Origin: Escherichia phage phiWec181
Sequence record: LC739534.1
Strand: one strand, 5' to 3'
Length of the DNA stretch: 64,000 bases
Below, in pieces: positions 33,065 to 42,460 of this stretch. Below the pieces are notes generated by a model, which was not told the origin of the DNA, did no database searches, and saw nothing but the letters and a program-made list of their open reading frames with translations. Each line of letters starts with the position of its first letter. Position 1 is the stretch's first letter. Position numbers and translations under genes: made by a program.

Positions 33065-34666
33065 GTGTCTAATACTTTGAGTTTCACTCCAACCGAAGAG
33101 CAATTTGCTATTGAGCGTGCTTTCGGGGAAAACCGTTTTGTAACTATTCAAGCAAAATCTGGTTCGGGGAAAACATCTACTCTATACATGTTGGCAAATG
33201 GCACAGACAAGAGCATCCTGTACCTGGCATTCAATAAGAGCATGGCGGAAGAGGCGCGTCGCAAGATGCCGCACAATGTAGAGTGTCGAACTCTGCACTC
33301 AATCTGCTATCAGAAGCTTCCACAAAACTTACGTCACAAACTCTCGCGTCCTGAAGGGAAGTATGTGAATGTGGCGGGAACAGGTAGCGAAATTGCCAAG
33401 AAGTTTAAGATCCAAAACCTTATTGATAAAAACGGAAAGACTTTGGTCACTCGTGCTATGATCGGTTTAATGGTTAAACAAACTTTGGCTAAATATGAGT
33501 TTTCAGATGATGAGCATATCTCTTTGAAACACTTCCCTAAAATGCACATCTCTGATCTGAAACGTAAGAATGTGAATGAGAATAAGCTGATCGCAGAAGT
33601 CGTTAAATATGCAAAACAATTGTGGCGTGAGCGTATTGATCCTAACTCGGAAACGATCATGACTCATGACACCTATGTGAAACTGTTCGAACTATCGGGC
33701 GAAGATTTAGGGTATGATATCATCTTTGGTGATGAGTTCCAGGATGTTAACCCTGCATTCCTGTCTATCCTACGTAACGCAGAAAAGGCCAGTCGTATTG
33801 TGGTTGTAGGCGATGAGTTCCAGAGTATTTATCAGTTCCGAGGTAGTCAGAACATGATGAAAGAGACGGCTCAATATGGTGTAGAATTACCATTGACAGC
33901 ATGTTTCCGTTTTGGTCCTAAAGTGGCAGACATTGCTAATGCGATCCTTAGCGATAAAACTCCACTGGCCCATCCACTGGTAGGGAAAGGGTATAACACG
34001 GTGACAGGTAGCTTCCACTCGGATATAGTGGACTTCTCCAAACCGTACACAATCATCTTCCGTAAAAACCTGACGTTGCTTATGGATGCAATGGATCGTA
34101 TTGCGAACGGAGAAGATATCAATATTAACGTTGACACCAAAGATTTTATTGCTATGGTGGACAGTGTGAATGCGTTGCGTCGAGGAGATATTGACAAAGT
34201 GAAGCATGAAACCGTTCTACCGTATGCAGACTGGCAGGAGTTTGTGGATTGTGCGGAATCAGATCCAGACGCTAAACGTCTACTGAATATTGTTGTTTCA
34301 GGTAAGGCTAACAACATTGCGTACACACTCCGTATGCACCGTAACTCACCTACAGCAAAGGTGACACTGACCACAGCACACAAATCGAAAGGTTTGGAAT
34401 GGGACCAAGTTATTGTTGCAAATGACTTCCCTTCGAACTATGATAAGAAGACACGCGAGTGGGTAGGGCTGGAAGAATCTGAACGTAACCTTCTATATGT
34501 TGCTCACACACGTTGTATTAAATGTTTGCAGTGGAATGAGACAGTGCATGAGATCTTAACCATGCAGCAATTAGGAGGAGACACATCTCCTAAAATGACG
34601 GAAGAAGATGAGATGGTTGCAGCATTGGCTCGTAAGATCAAGCAGATTCGATGCGAGGAGTATTAA
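33065..34666 (+). CDS. SF1 (UvrD/Rep/PcrA-like) DNA helicase
   Basis: GTG start with AAGGAGGA RBS; motifs AKSGSGKT, GDEFQD, VVGDEFQSIYQFRG, TAHKSKGLEWD. Confidence 0.8.
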   Translation: MSNTLSFTPTEEQFAIERAFGENRFVTIQAKSGSGKTSTLYMLANGTDKSILYLAFNKSMAEEARRKMPHNVECRTLHSICYQKLPQNLRHKLSRPEGKYVNVAGTGSEIAKKFKIQNLIDKNGKTLVTRAMIGLMVKQTLAKYEFSDDEHISLKHFPKMHISDLKRKNVNENKLIAEVVKYAKQLWRERIDPNSETIMTHDTYVKLFELSGEDLGYDIIFGDEFQDVNPAFLSILRNAEKASRIVVVGDEFQSIYQFRGSQNMMKETAQYGVELPLTACFRFGPKVADIANAILSDKTPLAHPLVGKGYNTVTGSFHSDIVDFSKPYTIIFRKNLTLLMDAMDRIANGEDININVDTKDFIAMVDSVNALRRGDIDKVKHETVLPYADWQEFVDCAESDPDAKRLLNIVVSGKANNIAYTLRMHRNSPTAKVTLTTAHKSKGLEWDQVIVANDFPSNYDKKTREWVGLEESERNLLYVAHTRCIKCLQWNETVHEILTMQQLGGDTSPKMTEEDEMVAALARKIKQIRCEEY

Positions 34667-34667
34667 T

Positions 34668-34919
34668 ATGGCGGGTTATCATTTAATAGATATTGAGAAA
34701 CAACCTTACGGCAGTATTGAAAAGATTCAGGAAGAAGTTTATGAACTTTTTGATGCTGTCGAACAGGATTGCAAAGTTATGCAATTGGTTGAATTGTCTG
34801 ATATTGTGGGTGCTGTTGAAGGTGTGCTGGAGACACAGTTTCCTGGGATGACGTTGCAAGATTTGATCACCATGTCAGACATTACCAAACGTGCTTTCCG
34901 CACAGGAGGAAGATCATGA
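34668..34919 (+). CDS. small acidic protein (83 aa), possibly MazG-like pyrophosphohydrolase
   Basis: ATG right after helicase stop; EExYELxDAVEQ helix pattern only. Confidence 0.3.
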   Translation: MAGYHLIDIEKQPYGSIEKIQEEVYELFDAVEQDCKVMQLVELSDIVGAVEGVLETQFPGMTLQDLITMSDITKRAFRTGGRS

Positions 34920-35479
34920 ATGGGGAAGTCATTGCCAATGCGATCCACTATTACGGACGCTATGCACAAATGATTCAAGTACCTTACCTGGTAGATGCAG
35001 ATATTCTTGCATACACACTACCAGAAGGTAAAGAGGATCGCCCTTTGGGGCATCCTAATGGGAGATTCTATGTTGCCAGCGCAGAACAATCCTTCCTCCA
35101 GATGGAGAAAGATGGTTTTGAGTTTGTAGCAGAGCATCCTTATATGGCATTGACACCATGTTACCGCACAGAAGATGTTCTTGATGAAAGTCATTTTAAC
35201 ATCTTTCTGAAACTGGAACTAATTGAGTTTTATCCGAAACATGGGCCTATAGCATATGCAAAGGATATGTGTAATTTTCTTTGGACCTATTATAGTCTGG
35301 AAACACGTATAGTAAAAACTGAAATAGGGTTTGACGTGGAAGACAAATATGGGTTAGAATTAGGATCATTCGGGATGAAGAATTCTCCGAAAGGTCATCC
35401 GTACATGTATGCCACAGGCATAGCAGAACCACGAGCATCTATTGCTCTTAACCACAGAGAGGGGTTTATTTATGAATAA
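34916..35479 (+). CDS. hypothetical protein (187 aa)
   Basis: ATGA overlap; YRTED and GIAEPR motifs; fold assignment uncertain. Confidence 0.55.
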   Translation: MNGEVIANAIHYYGRYAQMIQVPYLVDADILAYTLPEGKEDRPLGHPNGRFYVASAEQSFLQMEKDGFEFVAEHPYMALTPCYRTEDVLDESHFNIFLKLELIEFYPKHGPIAYAKDMCNFLWTYYSLETRIVKTEIGFDVEDKYGLELGSFGMKNSPKGHPYMYATGIAEPRASIALNHREGFIYE

Positions 35480-36971
35480 GTCGATGGAAGAATTAGTTAA
35501 ATATTATGTCCACACAGAAGACCTGACAGACGCAGAGTTTACCAAGATTTATGATCTGTGCGAACAGCTTCAACCTGGCCCGTGGAACAGTGAAGAAGAC
35601 TTCCGTGCCGATGTTAATCAAGATACAGGGTTTTTGTTCTTCGATCCTGCTAATGGCATTGATGCCGTACACAACGAAGATTATATCCCAGCAGGTCTTT
35701 CTGTTACCACTACAGAGCATTTCGTTGATCTGCTTTTGGAGACAGCTTGGTGTGATTCCAAACCAATCTACTACTGCATGAAGGATACGCTACGTATGGC
35801 AGCAAGTCGCCTGTATGACGGGAACTCTCGCTTATATACGGCTGTAGCCGAGCTTTATGGTAATGGTTGGACTGCCGATCAACTCCAAAAAGCTTGGGAA
35901 GAAGGGCGTGGTGGGCGTGACGTTGTTATTTTCTCTGAAGTTTTAGGGGTGGATTCTATCGCTTATGAAAATATTCCACGCTTAGGGACAAAACCAGAAA
36001 TCATTGATGGAGAAGAAATGTTAGATCTTATTTTAGCTAAAGTGGCAGGGCGATCTATTCACGAAGTGTGCGTATCTACCAGAAAGATCTCCACAAGTCA
36101 AATGGAATCTCTTTTAAAGATTTTCACCCTGGTGACTGGTGAAGGGTATTGGAAAGATGCTGAACATTTTCTGATGTATAGTCGTGGTCTGTCTGAACAC
36201 TACTCTTTCTATAGTTCTAAGTCGGGGATTGATGGTCACAACAGTCCACAAGGATTAGAAATAGGTGTTGACGAATTTATCAAACTGTTTTTGAAGCATT
36301 TAGGTATTGACAATACCGAGAAATCATTGGAAGATATCCTTGCTGACTTAACAAAAGAAGGAGAAGAAGTGGAAGAGAATACTTTTGAAGTTGAAGAATA
36401 TGTGGAAGAATACCTTCCGAACCCTGGGTTCCCTCCAGAGGGTAATCCTTATGTGAAGATCGTCTGCCGTAACGGGCAAACTTTCACAGGTCCAGCCGAC
36501 GATATGGGTTGGAGGGTCGATGAGAACCATCCCCATGATCTGGATATGGTGAAATATATGATTGTTCCGCGTGTAGCCAAAGTGGAGGCTGCTCCAGATG
36601 AGGTAGTTGCTCCGGTATATGCACCGAAGCCACGTTATCGTAAGACGCGCCAAAAGCCTCCTGTAGGTAAGAAGCCAGTTGTGCGTATTCTCTACACTAC
36701 ACAACAAACGTACATGTTTAAGAATGTGGACAGTGTGCAGGTTACAGGTGAGAAAGTGTATATCCAGTATGCTCGTAATATTGCAGAAGGTATTGTTGAG
36801 TCTGTTGTTTCCGAGATCGACAGCAATCTGCTTCTCGCAGTGGTGATTGAAGAGAATGGACACCGTGATAATTTCTTAGCTAACATCGACGGTTCTTGGG
36901 ATTACCAAGGGCATGATGGTACTGCCGTTAAAGGTGGTAAGCTGATGGGACGACAGTTCCTTTCTAAATAA
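35472..36971 (+). CDS. hypothetical protein (499 aa)
   Basis: Long ORF with RBS GAGGGG; terminator follows. Confidence 0.7.
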   Translation: MNKSMEELVKYYVHTEDLTDAEFTKIYDLCEQLQPGPWNSEEDFRADVNQDTGFLFFDPANGIDAVHNEDYIPAGLSVTTTEHFVDLLLETAWCDSKPIYYCMKDTLRMAASRLYDGNSRLYTAVAELYGNGWTADQLQKAWEEGRGGRDVVIFSEVLGVDSIAYENIPRLGTKPEIIDGEEMLDLILAKVAGRSIHEVCVSTRKISTSQMESLLKIFTLVTGEGYWKDAEHFLMYSRGLSEHYSFYSSKSGIDGHNSPQGLEIGVDEFIKLFLKHLGIDNTEKSLEDILADLTKEGEEVEENTFEVEEYVEEYLPNPGFPPEGNPYVKIVCRNGQTFTGPADDMGWRVDENHPHDLDMVKYMIVPRVAKVEAAPDEVVAPVYAPKPRYRKTRQKPPVGKKPVVRILYTTQQTYMFKNVDSVQVTGEKVYIQYARNIAEGIVESVVSEIDSNLLLAVVIEENGHRDNFLANIDGSWDYQGHDGTAVKGGKLMGRQFLSK

Positions 36972-36977
36972 TAAATA

Positions 36978-37004
36978 AGAAGGCGCTAAGTGCGCCTTTT
37001 TTGA
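36978..37004 (+). terminator. intrinsic terminator
   Basis: AAGGCGC-TAAGT-GCGCCTT hairpin followed by TTTTTT. Confidence 0.7.
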
Positions 37005-37072
37005 TCCTGAACAAAGTCTTTCGATGGATAAATGGTAAAATAGAATCTCAATCTATTAAATAAGGAACCCAC

Positions 37073-38887
37073 ATGCATAATTTATATCAGGACGTATTTT
37101 CTTTTTTGGATAAAACTTGTGACACATATACACGAGAGAACGCAAACAAACCCTCTCACCTCGTTAACACACATAGGGACTTACTGGCGGGGATTTTAAG
37201 TAAGCACATGGCAATGACTCAGATATTACCAAAGAACCTCGCAGAATGGCATACAGAAGGTTTTGGACATATCCATGATCTTGATTATCTGTTGTCTCCT
37301 CTTACGAATTGTTGTCTGGTAAACTACCAAGATATGCTGGAGAATGGCTTTAAAATCGGTGCTGCATATATTGAGAAACCTAAGTCCATTGGTGTAGCCA
37401 CCACAGTGTTGACGCAAATCATCCAGGCTGTTGCTTCAAGCCAGTATGGGGGACAAACTTGTGCTCATATTGATCAGGGGTTAAGTCAGTATGTTGAAGC
37501 TACCTACCTTAAGAATTTGAGAGAAACAGAACTACGTTACGGATACCCAGCCTGTAACGAAGCTTTAGCAGCAACAGATAAGGCTGTATATGATGCTATG
37601 CAGACATTGCTGTACCAGGTGAATACACTGATGAGCGTCAATGGACAATCTCCTTTCATCACTATCAGTATGGGATTAGATACAACAGTTTTTGGGAGAA
37701 TGATCACTAAGAACTATCTTAAGGTACACAGTGAAGGGTTAGGGAAAGATCATGTCACACCTGTGTTCCCTAAAGTTGTGTTCTTCCTGGAGGAAGGTGT
37801 TAACATGGCAACTGAAGATCCTAATTACGATCTGAAAAAACAAGCTTTAGAGTGTTGTGCAGATCGAATCTATCCTGACTTCATTTCTGTGCCTCTTAAC
37901 AAGGAAGTGACAGGCTCTACGAAAGGAAATGTTACCAGTATGGGGTGCCGTTCGTTCCTGTCTTACTACACTACAGAACAGGGAGAGAAGTATGATGGAC
38001 GTTTTAATTTAGGAGTTGTGTCAATAAACTTACCATTAATTGCAGCTAAAGCAAAAACAGAAGGATATTGTTTCTCTGACCTACTTGATGAACATATGCG
38101 TCTGGCTTACGATGCTCATATGCTTCGGGTGGAACGCCTACGTCATACACGCGCATCAGAGAACCCTATCCTGTTTATGGAAGGGGCTTTAGCACGTCTC
38201 AATGCTGACGATGAGATTGGAGTTTTGTTTGAGGGTGGGTATGCTTCAATCAGTATTGGGTATGTAGGATTGTCCGAAGCTTTGGAGATCTTATACTCTG
38301 AAGAAGCGGATAAGAAAGAGATGGGCAAAGCTATTCTGCAATACATGAAAGACACTTGTGCAGAGTTTAAAGAGTTGTCTAATCTGCCTTTCAGTTTGTA
38401 TGGCACTCCTGCGGAATCCTTGTGCTACAAGTTTGCCACAGCTTTAAATAAAAATTATCCTAATCTGCATGTACGGGATTACCTGACCAACTCGTTCCAT
38501 CAACCTGTTTGGGAGGTTACAAATCCTTTTGAGAAGTGGGACTACGAAACAGGTTTTGCTCAAATCAGTAATGGCGGGAATATTAGTTATGTAGAAACTC
38601 CCAACCTGAAGAACAACTTGGAAGCTTTAGAAGCTTTGGTCGATTATGCTTATGAGCGCATCCATTACTTTGGCATCAATCAACCAGTGGATCAATGTTT
38701 CAAATGCAACTTTCATGGGGAGTTTAAAGCTACAGCAAAAGGTTTTGAATGCCCTTCGTGCGGGAATAATGAAGAAGAAACTATCTCCGTTATTCGTCGT
38801 GTTTCCGGTTATCTGTCTGCCCCTAACTCGCGCCCTTACAACAAAGGGAAAATGCAGGAAGTGTTACAAAGGGAGAAACATCTTTGA
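37073..38887 (+). CDS. nrdD: anaerobic ribonucleoside-triphosphate reductase, class III (NrdD)
   Basis: 604 aa; C-terminal zinc ribbon CFKC...CPSCGN and glycyl-radical motif RRVSGYL. Confidence 0.9.
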   Translation: MHNLYQDVFSFLDKTCDTYTRENANKPSHLVNTHRDLLAGILSKHMAMTQILPKNLAEWHTEGFGHIHDLDYLLSPLTNCCLVNYQDMLENGFKIGAAYIEKPKSIGVATTVLTQIIQAVASSQYGGQTCAHIDQGLSQYVEATYLKNLRETELRYGYPACNEALAATDKAVYDAMQTLLYQVNTLMSVNGQSPFITISMGLDTTVFGRMITKNYLKVHSEGLGKDHVTPVFPKVVFFLEEGVNMATEDPNYDLKKQALECCADRIYPDFISVPLNKEVTGSTKGNVTSMGCRSFLSYYTTEQGEKYDGRFNLGVVSINLPLIAAKAKTEGYCFSDLLDEHMRLAYDAHMLRVERLRHTRASENPILFMEGALARLNADDEIGVLFEGGYASISIGYVGLSEALEILYSEEADKKEMGKAILQYMKDTCAEFKELSNLPFSLYGTPAESLCYKFATALNKNYPNLHVRDYLTNSFHQPVWEVTNPFEKWDYETGFAQISNGGNISYVETPNLKNNLEALEALVDYAYERIHYFGINQPVDQCFKCNFHGEFKATAKGFECPSCGNNEEETISVIRRVSGYLSAPNSRPYNKGKMQEVLQREKHL

Positions 38888-39354
38888 ATTGTTCAGGCTA
38901 TGAAGCAACAGACATGCTTAACGGAGAAGGGGTGAGATGCTCTCTATGGGTCAGTGGATGTAGCCACGGATGCAGAGGATGTTTCAATCAGAAAGCCTGG
39001 TCATACTCTTACGGCGCAGCTTTCACAGAAGCAGATGTAGAACGTGTGTTAGCAGATTTGGCACGACCTTTCATTAAAGGTGTAACAATCTTAGGGGGAG
39101 AACCTTTAGACCCACAGAATATTGATGAAGTTTATAAGTTGATACTCCGAATCAAGGAAGTGTACGGGGAAGATAAGGATGTGATGGTGTATACAGGATA
39201 TTTGTTTGAAGACATTCCTTCCCACATCAAGAATGTTGTGGATACAATCATGGATGGTAAATATGATTTAAATCAACCAACAGCAAAGCCATTCAGAGGT
39301 TCTGATAATCAGAGATTATGGAACAAGAAGAATGGTATTTGGCAAGCAGATTAA
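38884..39354 (+). CDS. nrdG: anaerobic RNR activating enzyme, radical SAM (NrdG)
   Basis: CSHGCRGC = CxxxCxxC near N-terminus; directly follows nrdD; start may be TTG 38884 or ATG 38914. Confidence 0.85.
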   Translation: MNCSGYEATDMLNGEGVRCSLWVSGCSHGCRGCFNQKAWSYSYGAAFTEADVERVLADLARPFIKGVTILGGEPLDPQNIDEVYKLILRIKEVYGEDKDVMVYTGYLFEDIPSHIKNVVDTIMDGKYDLNQPTAKPFRGSDNQRLWNKKNGIWQAD

Positions 39355-39367
39355 TACAGGAGATAAT

Positions 39368-39559
39368 ATGGTTACGTATTTTGCAGTTAAAAACGAAGTA
39401 GGGACGGCTGGGAAGCTGATTCTGGACAGCGATCGAGATACCCGTGAGGTTATTTGTACCCTGATTGATATTTTACAAAGAAAAGAGTTGCTTTCTGATC
39501 GGGACATTGCTAATCTATTGGATATCGGCGGTGACGAACTCGAACGACTGCCATTCTAA
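39368..39559 (+). CDS. hypothetical acidic protein (63 aa)
   Basis: ATG 39368 with AGGAGA RBS. Confidence 0.45.
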   Translation: MVTYFAVKNEVGTAGKLILDSDRDTREVICTLIDILQRKELLSDRDIANLLDIGGDELERLPF

Positions 39560-39571
39560 AGGAGACTAACA

Positions 39572-40174
39572 ATGCAACAACTGATCGTTAATATGCCTCG
39601 CACTGGTAATGAAGTTTTTGGCTCACCAGTAGACAAAGTTTGGAAAGCACACTTTCATCTGACCTTAGCCGAGGTAAGTAGTAAAGAGCTTATGCGAGCA
39701 GCAAAGATTATCGGTGCAAAATGCACAACTATCGATCTACATCGGGACACGCAATCACAGCGCGATCGTATGTTAACTAAGTATCAGGGTGGCATTGACA
39801 CAGGCTTAATGTTGGAATGTGTGGCAAAGTTAAAAGCGGCTGGCTTCAAAGTGTTACGCTATAAACTGGAACAAATGTTCAAGGACGTAGAACACGTAAT
39901 GCAGATGAACCTAAGCAAAGAACATTACGGAGAAGTACACATCAAGACTCCTGCCTCTATGCCGGAGATTGATACTGGCTTCTTCCGTATCTCTTCTAAT
40001 GCCGAAGAGGTGGATTATCGTTTCTATAATGCCCGTCTGTATACCGAAGAAGATAAGTTGCAGTTCAAGAAAGCTTATGATATGCTTCTGGCAAATGATG
40101 TTGAAATAAAGGGCTACCATGTAGAACAAGTGGTAGTAGACAGTAATCTTAACTTAGACGCATGGTGGGCTTAA
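39572..40174 (+). CDS. hypothetical protein (200 aa)
   Basis: RBS AAAGGAG. Confidence 0.65.
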   Translation: MQQLIVNMPRTGNEVFGSPVDKVWKAHFHLTLAEVSSKELMRAAKIIGAKCTTIDLHRDTQSQRDRMLTKYQGGIDTGLMLECVAKLKAAGFKVLRYKLEQMFKDVEHVMQMNLSKEHYGEVHIKTPASMPEIDTGFFRISSNAEEVDYRFYNARLYTEEDKLQFKKAYDMLLANDVEIKGYHVEQVVVDSNLNLDAWWA

Positions 40175-40175
40175 T

Positions 40176-40832
40176 ATGACTATTAAACATATCTCTTTTG
40201 ATGTATGGAACACACTGATCACAGCAAACCCCAATTACGCAGATATGCGAGCGTGGACTATCGCAAAATACGGGGATATTACGGAAGTAGAAGCAAGAGC
40301 AGCTTACAAGAAGATCAAAAAGGAACTGGACAATGCCGCACTTCAGGGAACAGCCGAGTGTGCAGCATATGCCTGGGAAAGACTTGGTTACGAACTTGGG
40401 ATAACACCTTTGAAGTCTGCAAAGCTTCGTTTCGAGTGTGAACAGTGGTTCCTTAAGTTTCCACCGCATGTGGCTGTGGATTTACCGATGCACTTGCTGT
40501 ATCTTTCGGGGCGTTATGATTTGAGCATCAAGAGTAATACCAACTTCATATCAGGAGATATCTTGCGACGTGCCTGTAAGTTTGAAGGTTGGAATTGTTT
40601 TGAGTTCACACATTTCTCGGATGAAGCTTTACTTTGTAAACCAGATCCGCGATTCTTTGCTCGCACGATCACTTATTCTCCAATCCCTCTGGTAGGGCAG
40701 GAAGTGTTGCACGTAGGTGATAGTGAAGAATATGATGGAAAATGTGTTGACGTAGGATTTAACTTCTGTCATATTAAGAACCCTAACGACTTGTTAGATA
40801 AACTTGCTAAAGGAGAACTTGTTAATGCGTAA
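40176..40832 (+). CDS. HAD-superfamily hydrolase-like protein (218 aa)
   Basis: N-terminal FDVWNTL resembles HAD motif I; C-terminal HVGDSEEYD resembles motif IV. Confidence 0.55.
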   Translation: MTIKHISFDVWNTLITANPNYADMRAWTIAKYGDITEVEARAAYKKIKKELDNAALQGTAECAAYAWERLGYELGITPLKSAKLRFECEQWFLKFPPHVAVDLPMHLLYLSGRYDLSIKSNTNFISGDILRRACKFEGWNCFEFTHFSDEALLCKPDPRFFARTITYSPIPLVGQEVLHVGDSEEYDGKCVDVGFNFCHIKNPNDLLDKLAKGELVNA

Positions 40833-41652
40833 TCAAACTCAAATCTTTGCTCACAAATTCGATAGTCTGGAAACTGCTCGCTTTGATATTCGTGACTATT
40901 CCAAACTGAAGTTTGGCAGCAACCAGGCGGCTCGCCGTATGGGGCGAACGCTGGCAGTCTCTTTCTATGACTTGGTAGTCAAGAATATGCCGGAAGAAGA
41001 ATTTGTGGTGATTCCTTCACCTTACAACCATGTGCATAACGCAGCAACCATGATGACCAATCAGTTCATCAACTTCCTGAACCTGTTGCTGTTGAATCAC
41101 AAGGGTAGCCGTGCAGTAGAATTGGATACGATCCACCGCAAGGTGAGTTACATTAACGATTATGGTTTCCTGGACAAAGCGAGCCGTAAGAAACTGATTG
41201 ATGGTGACACCTTCTATTGCAACAAAGATTTTTGGGGCAACAAGAAGCTGATCTTCATTGATGATGTGAACATCACGGGAACTCATGAAGACAAACTGAT
41301 TGAGATCCTGGATGAAAATAAAGTTACGAATGATGTTTACTTCCTGTATTTTGCGAAGTATACTGGTAATCAAGCAGACACAGAGGCTAAACTGAACTTC
41401 AACCATATTAACACGACAGATGCTTTTGTTAAGATGATCAATGAAGAATGTGATGCGCAGTGTCTTGTTCGTCCTATCAAGTATTTGATGGGACAAACAC
41501 CGGAAGAGTTTAAAATCATTCTTTCCCGTTTGCCGCACCAATACGTAGAAGCACTGTTCTTTGGGTGTCTTGGGGAAGGTTATGATAAGATCGAGAAGTA
41601 TTCTGAAAACTTCGTCTTCCTGAACCGTTACTTTAACCAGCATATCCTGTAA
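40825..41652 (+). CDS. phosphoribosyltransferase (PRTase)-fold protein (275 aa)
   Basis: ATG 40825 with AAGGAGAAC RBS; KKLIFIDDVNITGTHED matches PRPP-binding loop. Confidence 0.6.
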   Translation: MRNQTQIFAHKFDSLETARFDIRDYSKLKFGSNQAARRMGRTLAVSFYDLVVKNMPEEEFVVIPSPYNHVHNAATMMTNQFINFLNLLLLNHKGSRAVELDTIHRKVSYINDYGFLDKASRKKLIDGDTFYCNKDFWGNKKLIFIDDVNITGTHEDKLIEILDENKVTNDVYFLYFAKYTGNQADTEAKLNFNHINTTDAFVKMINEECDAQCLVRPIKYLMGQTPEEFKIILSRLPHQYVEALFFGCLGEGYDKIEKYSENFVFLNRYFNQHIL

Positions 41653-41661
41653 GGAGGGAAA

Positions 41662-42144
41662 ATGTTGAAGGTTGTTACTGGGAATCTGATCGATGCCGCC
41701 AAGAATGGGAAAGTGAACGTTATAGCCCACTGTTGTAACTGTATGTGTAATATGGGTGCAGGGATTGCTCCGCAAATTAAACGAGCATTTCCTTATGCAT
41801 ATGCAGCCGACTTGGATACAGCGGCAGGTGATCAAAGCAAACTGGGTTCTTTTAGTTTAGGGGTGCCGGAGGAAGTGTCTGACCCACTGGTTTATAACCT
41901 GTACGGACAGTACCGTTACGGGTATAACGGTAAAGGTCGTCAGTTGGACTATGATGCCCTGTACGATGCTCTTGAGGCTATGGCAAAGGATCTCCACAAA
42001 TGGGTGAACACATCTGCCAAACATAAGATTGGTCTACCTATGATCGGAGCAGGGTTGGCAGGAGGTAATTGGGCTATCATTGAAGTGATGATTGAAGAAA
42101 CTTTAGTAAAAACAGGTCACGATGTGACTATTTATAAACTTTAA
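41662..42144 (+). CDS. macrodomain protein (160 aa)
   Basis: N-terminus VVTGNLIDAAKNGKVNVIAHCCNCMCNMGAGIA matches macrodomain GDI...AIVNAAN...GGGV pattern. Confidence 0.7.
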   Translation: MLKVVTGNLIDAAKNGKVNVIAHCCNCMCNMGAGIAPQIKRAFPYAYAADLDTAAGDQSKLGSFSLGVPEEVSDPLVYNLYGQYRYGYNGKGRQLDYDALYDALEAMAKDLHKWVNTSAKHKIGLPMIGAGLAGGNWAIIEVMIEETLVKTGHDVTIYKL

Positions 42145-42157
42145 GAGGAGAAATAAT

Positions 42158-42379
42158 ATGGGTGTTGTTGCAGGTGTTCTGGCAGTAGTTATCGTGTTTG
42201 TTCTGGCTTTCCTGATTAGTATGATTCCAGCATGGCTTCTGCTGCTGGCTTATAACTACGTTGTTGAAATGATGGGTCACACAGATATCACTGTTCCTAT
42301 CACCTTCTGGACTGTGGTGTGTGTGGCATTTATCATGGCTGTACTACGTGGGATCTTTTCCTCAAGTTCTTCAAAATAA
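42158..42379 (+). CDS. small membrane protein (73 aa)
   Basis: Two hydrophobic helices; RBS AAGAGGAG. Confidence 0.6.
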   Translation: MGVVAGVLAVVIVFVLAFLISMIPAWLLLLAYNYVVEMMGHTDITVPITFWTVVCVAFIMAVLRGIFSSSSSK

Positions 42380-42460
42380 GTGTTGACAAGGTTTTAGAAT
42401 AGAGTAAGATGTATCACATGAGGCGGGGAGTGGTTCCCCGCAAAGAGAAAGGAGAAAATA

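Noticed and set aside
33334-34383. Minus-strand ORFs inside the helicase gene
   Set aside because: Fully embedded antisense in a motif-verified SF1 helicase; shadow ORFs.
35472-36971. Assigning the 499 aa protein as nicotinamide phosphoribosyltransferase (NadV)
   Set aside because: Size is compatible but I could not recognise any NAMPT motifs; left as hypothetical.
40825-41652. Calling the PRTase-fold protein ribose-phosphate pyrophosphokinase (Prs)
   Set aside because: Only the PRPP-binding loop is recognisable; N-terminal region and loop position do not match Prs; kept as generic PRTase fold.
41017-41835. 272 aa minus-strand ORF opposite the PRTase-like gene
   Set aside because: No RBS; translation is Cys/Ile-rich low complexity, while the plus-strand frame has a PRPP-loop motif and RBS.
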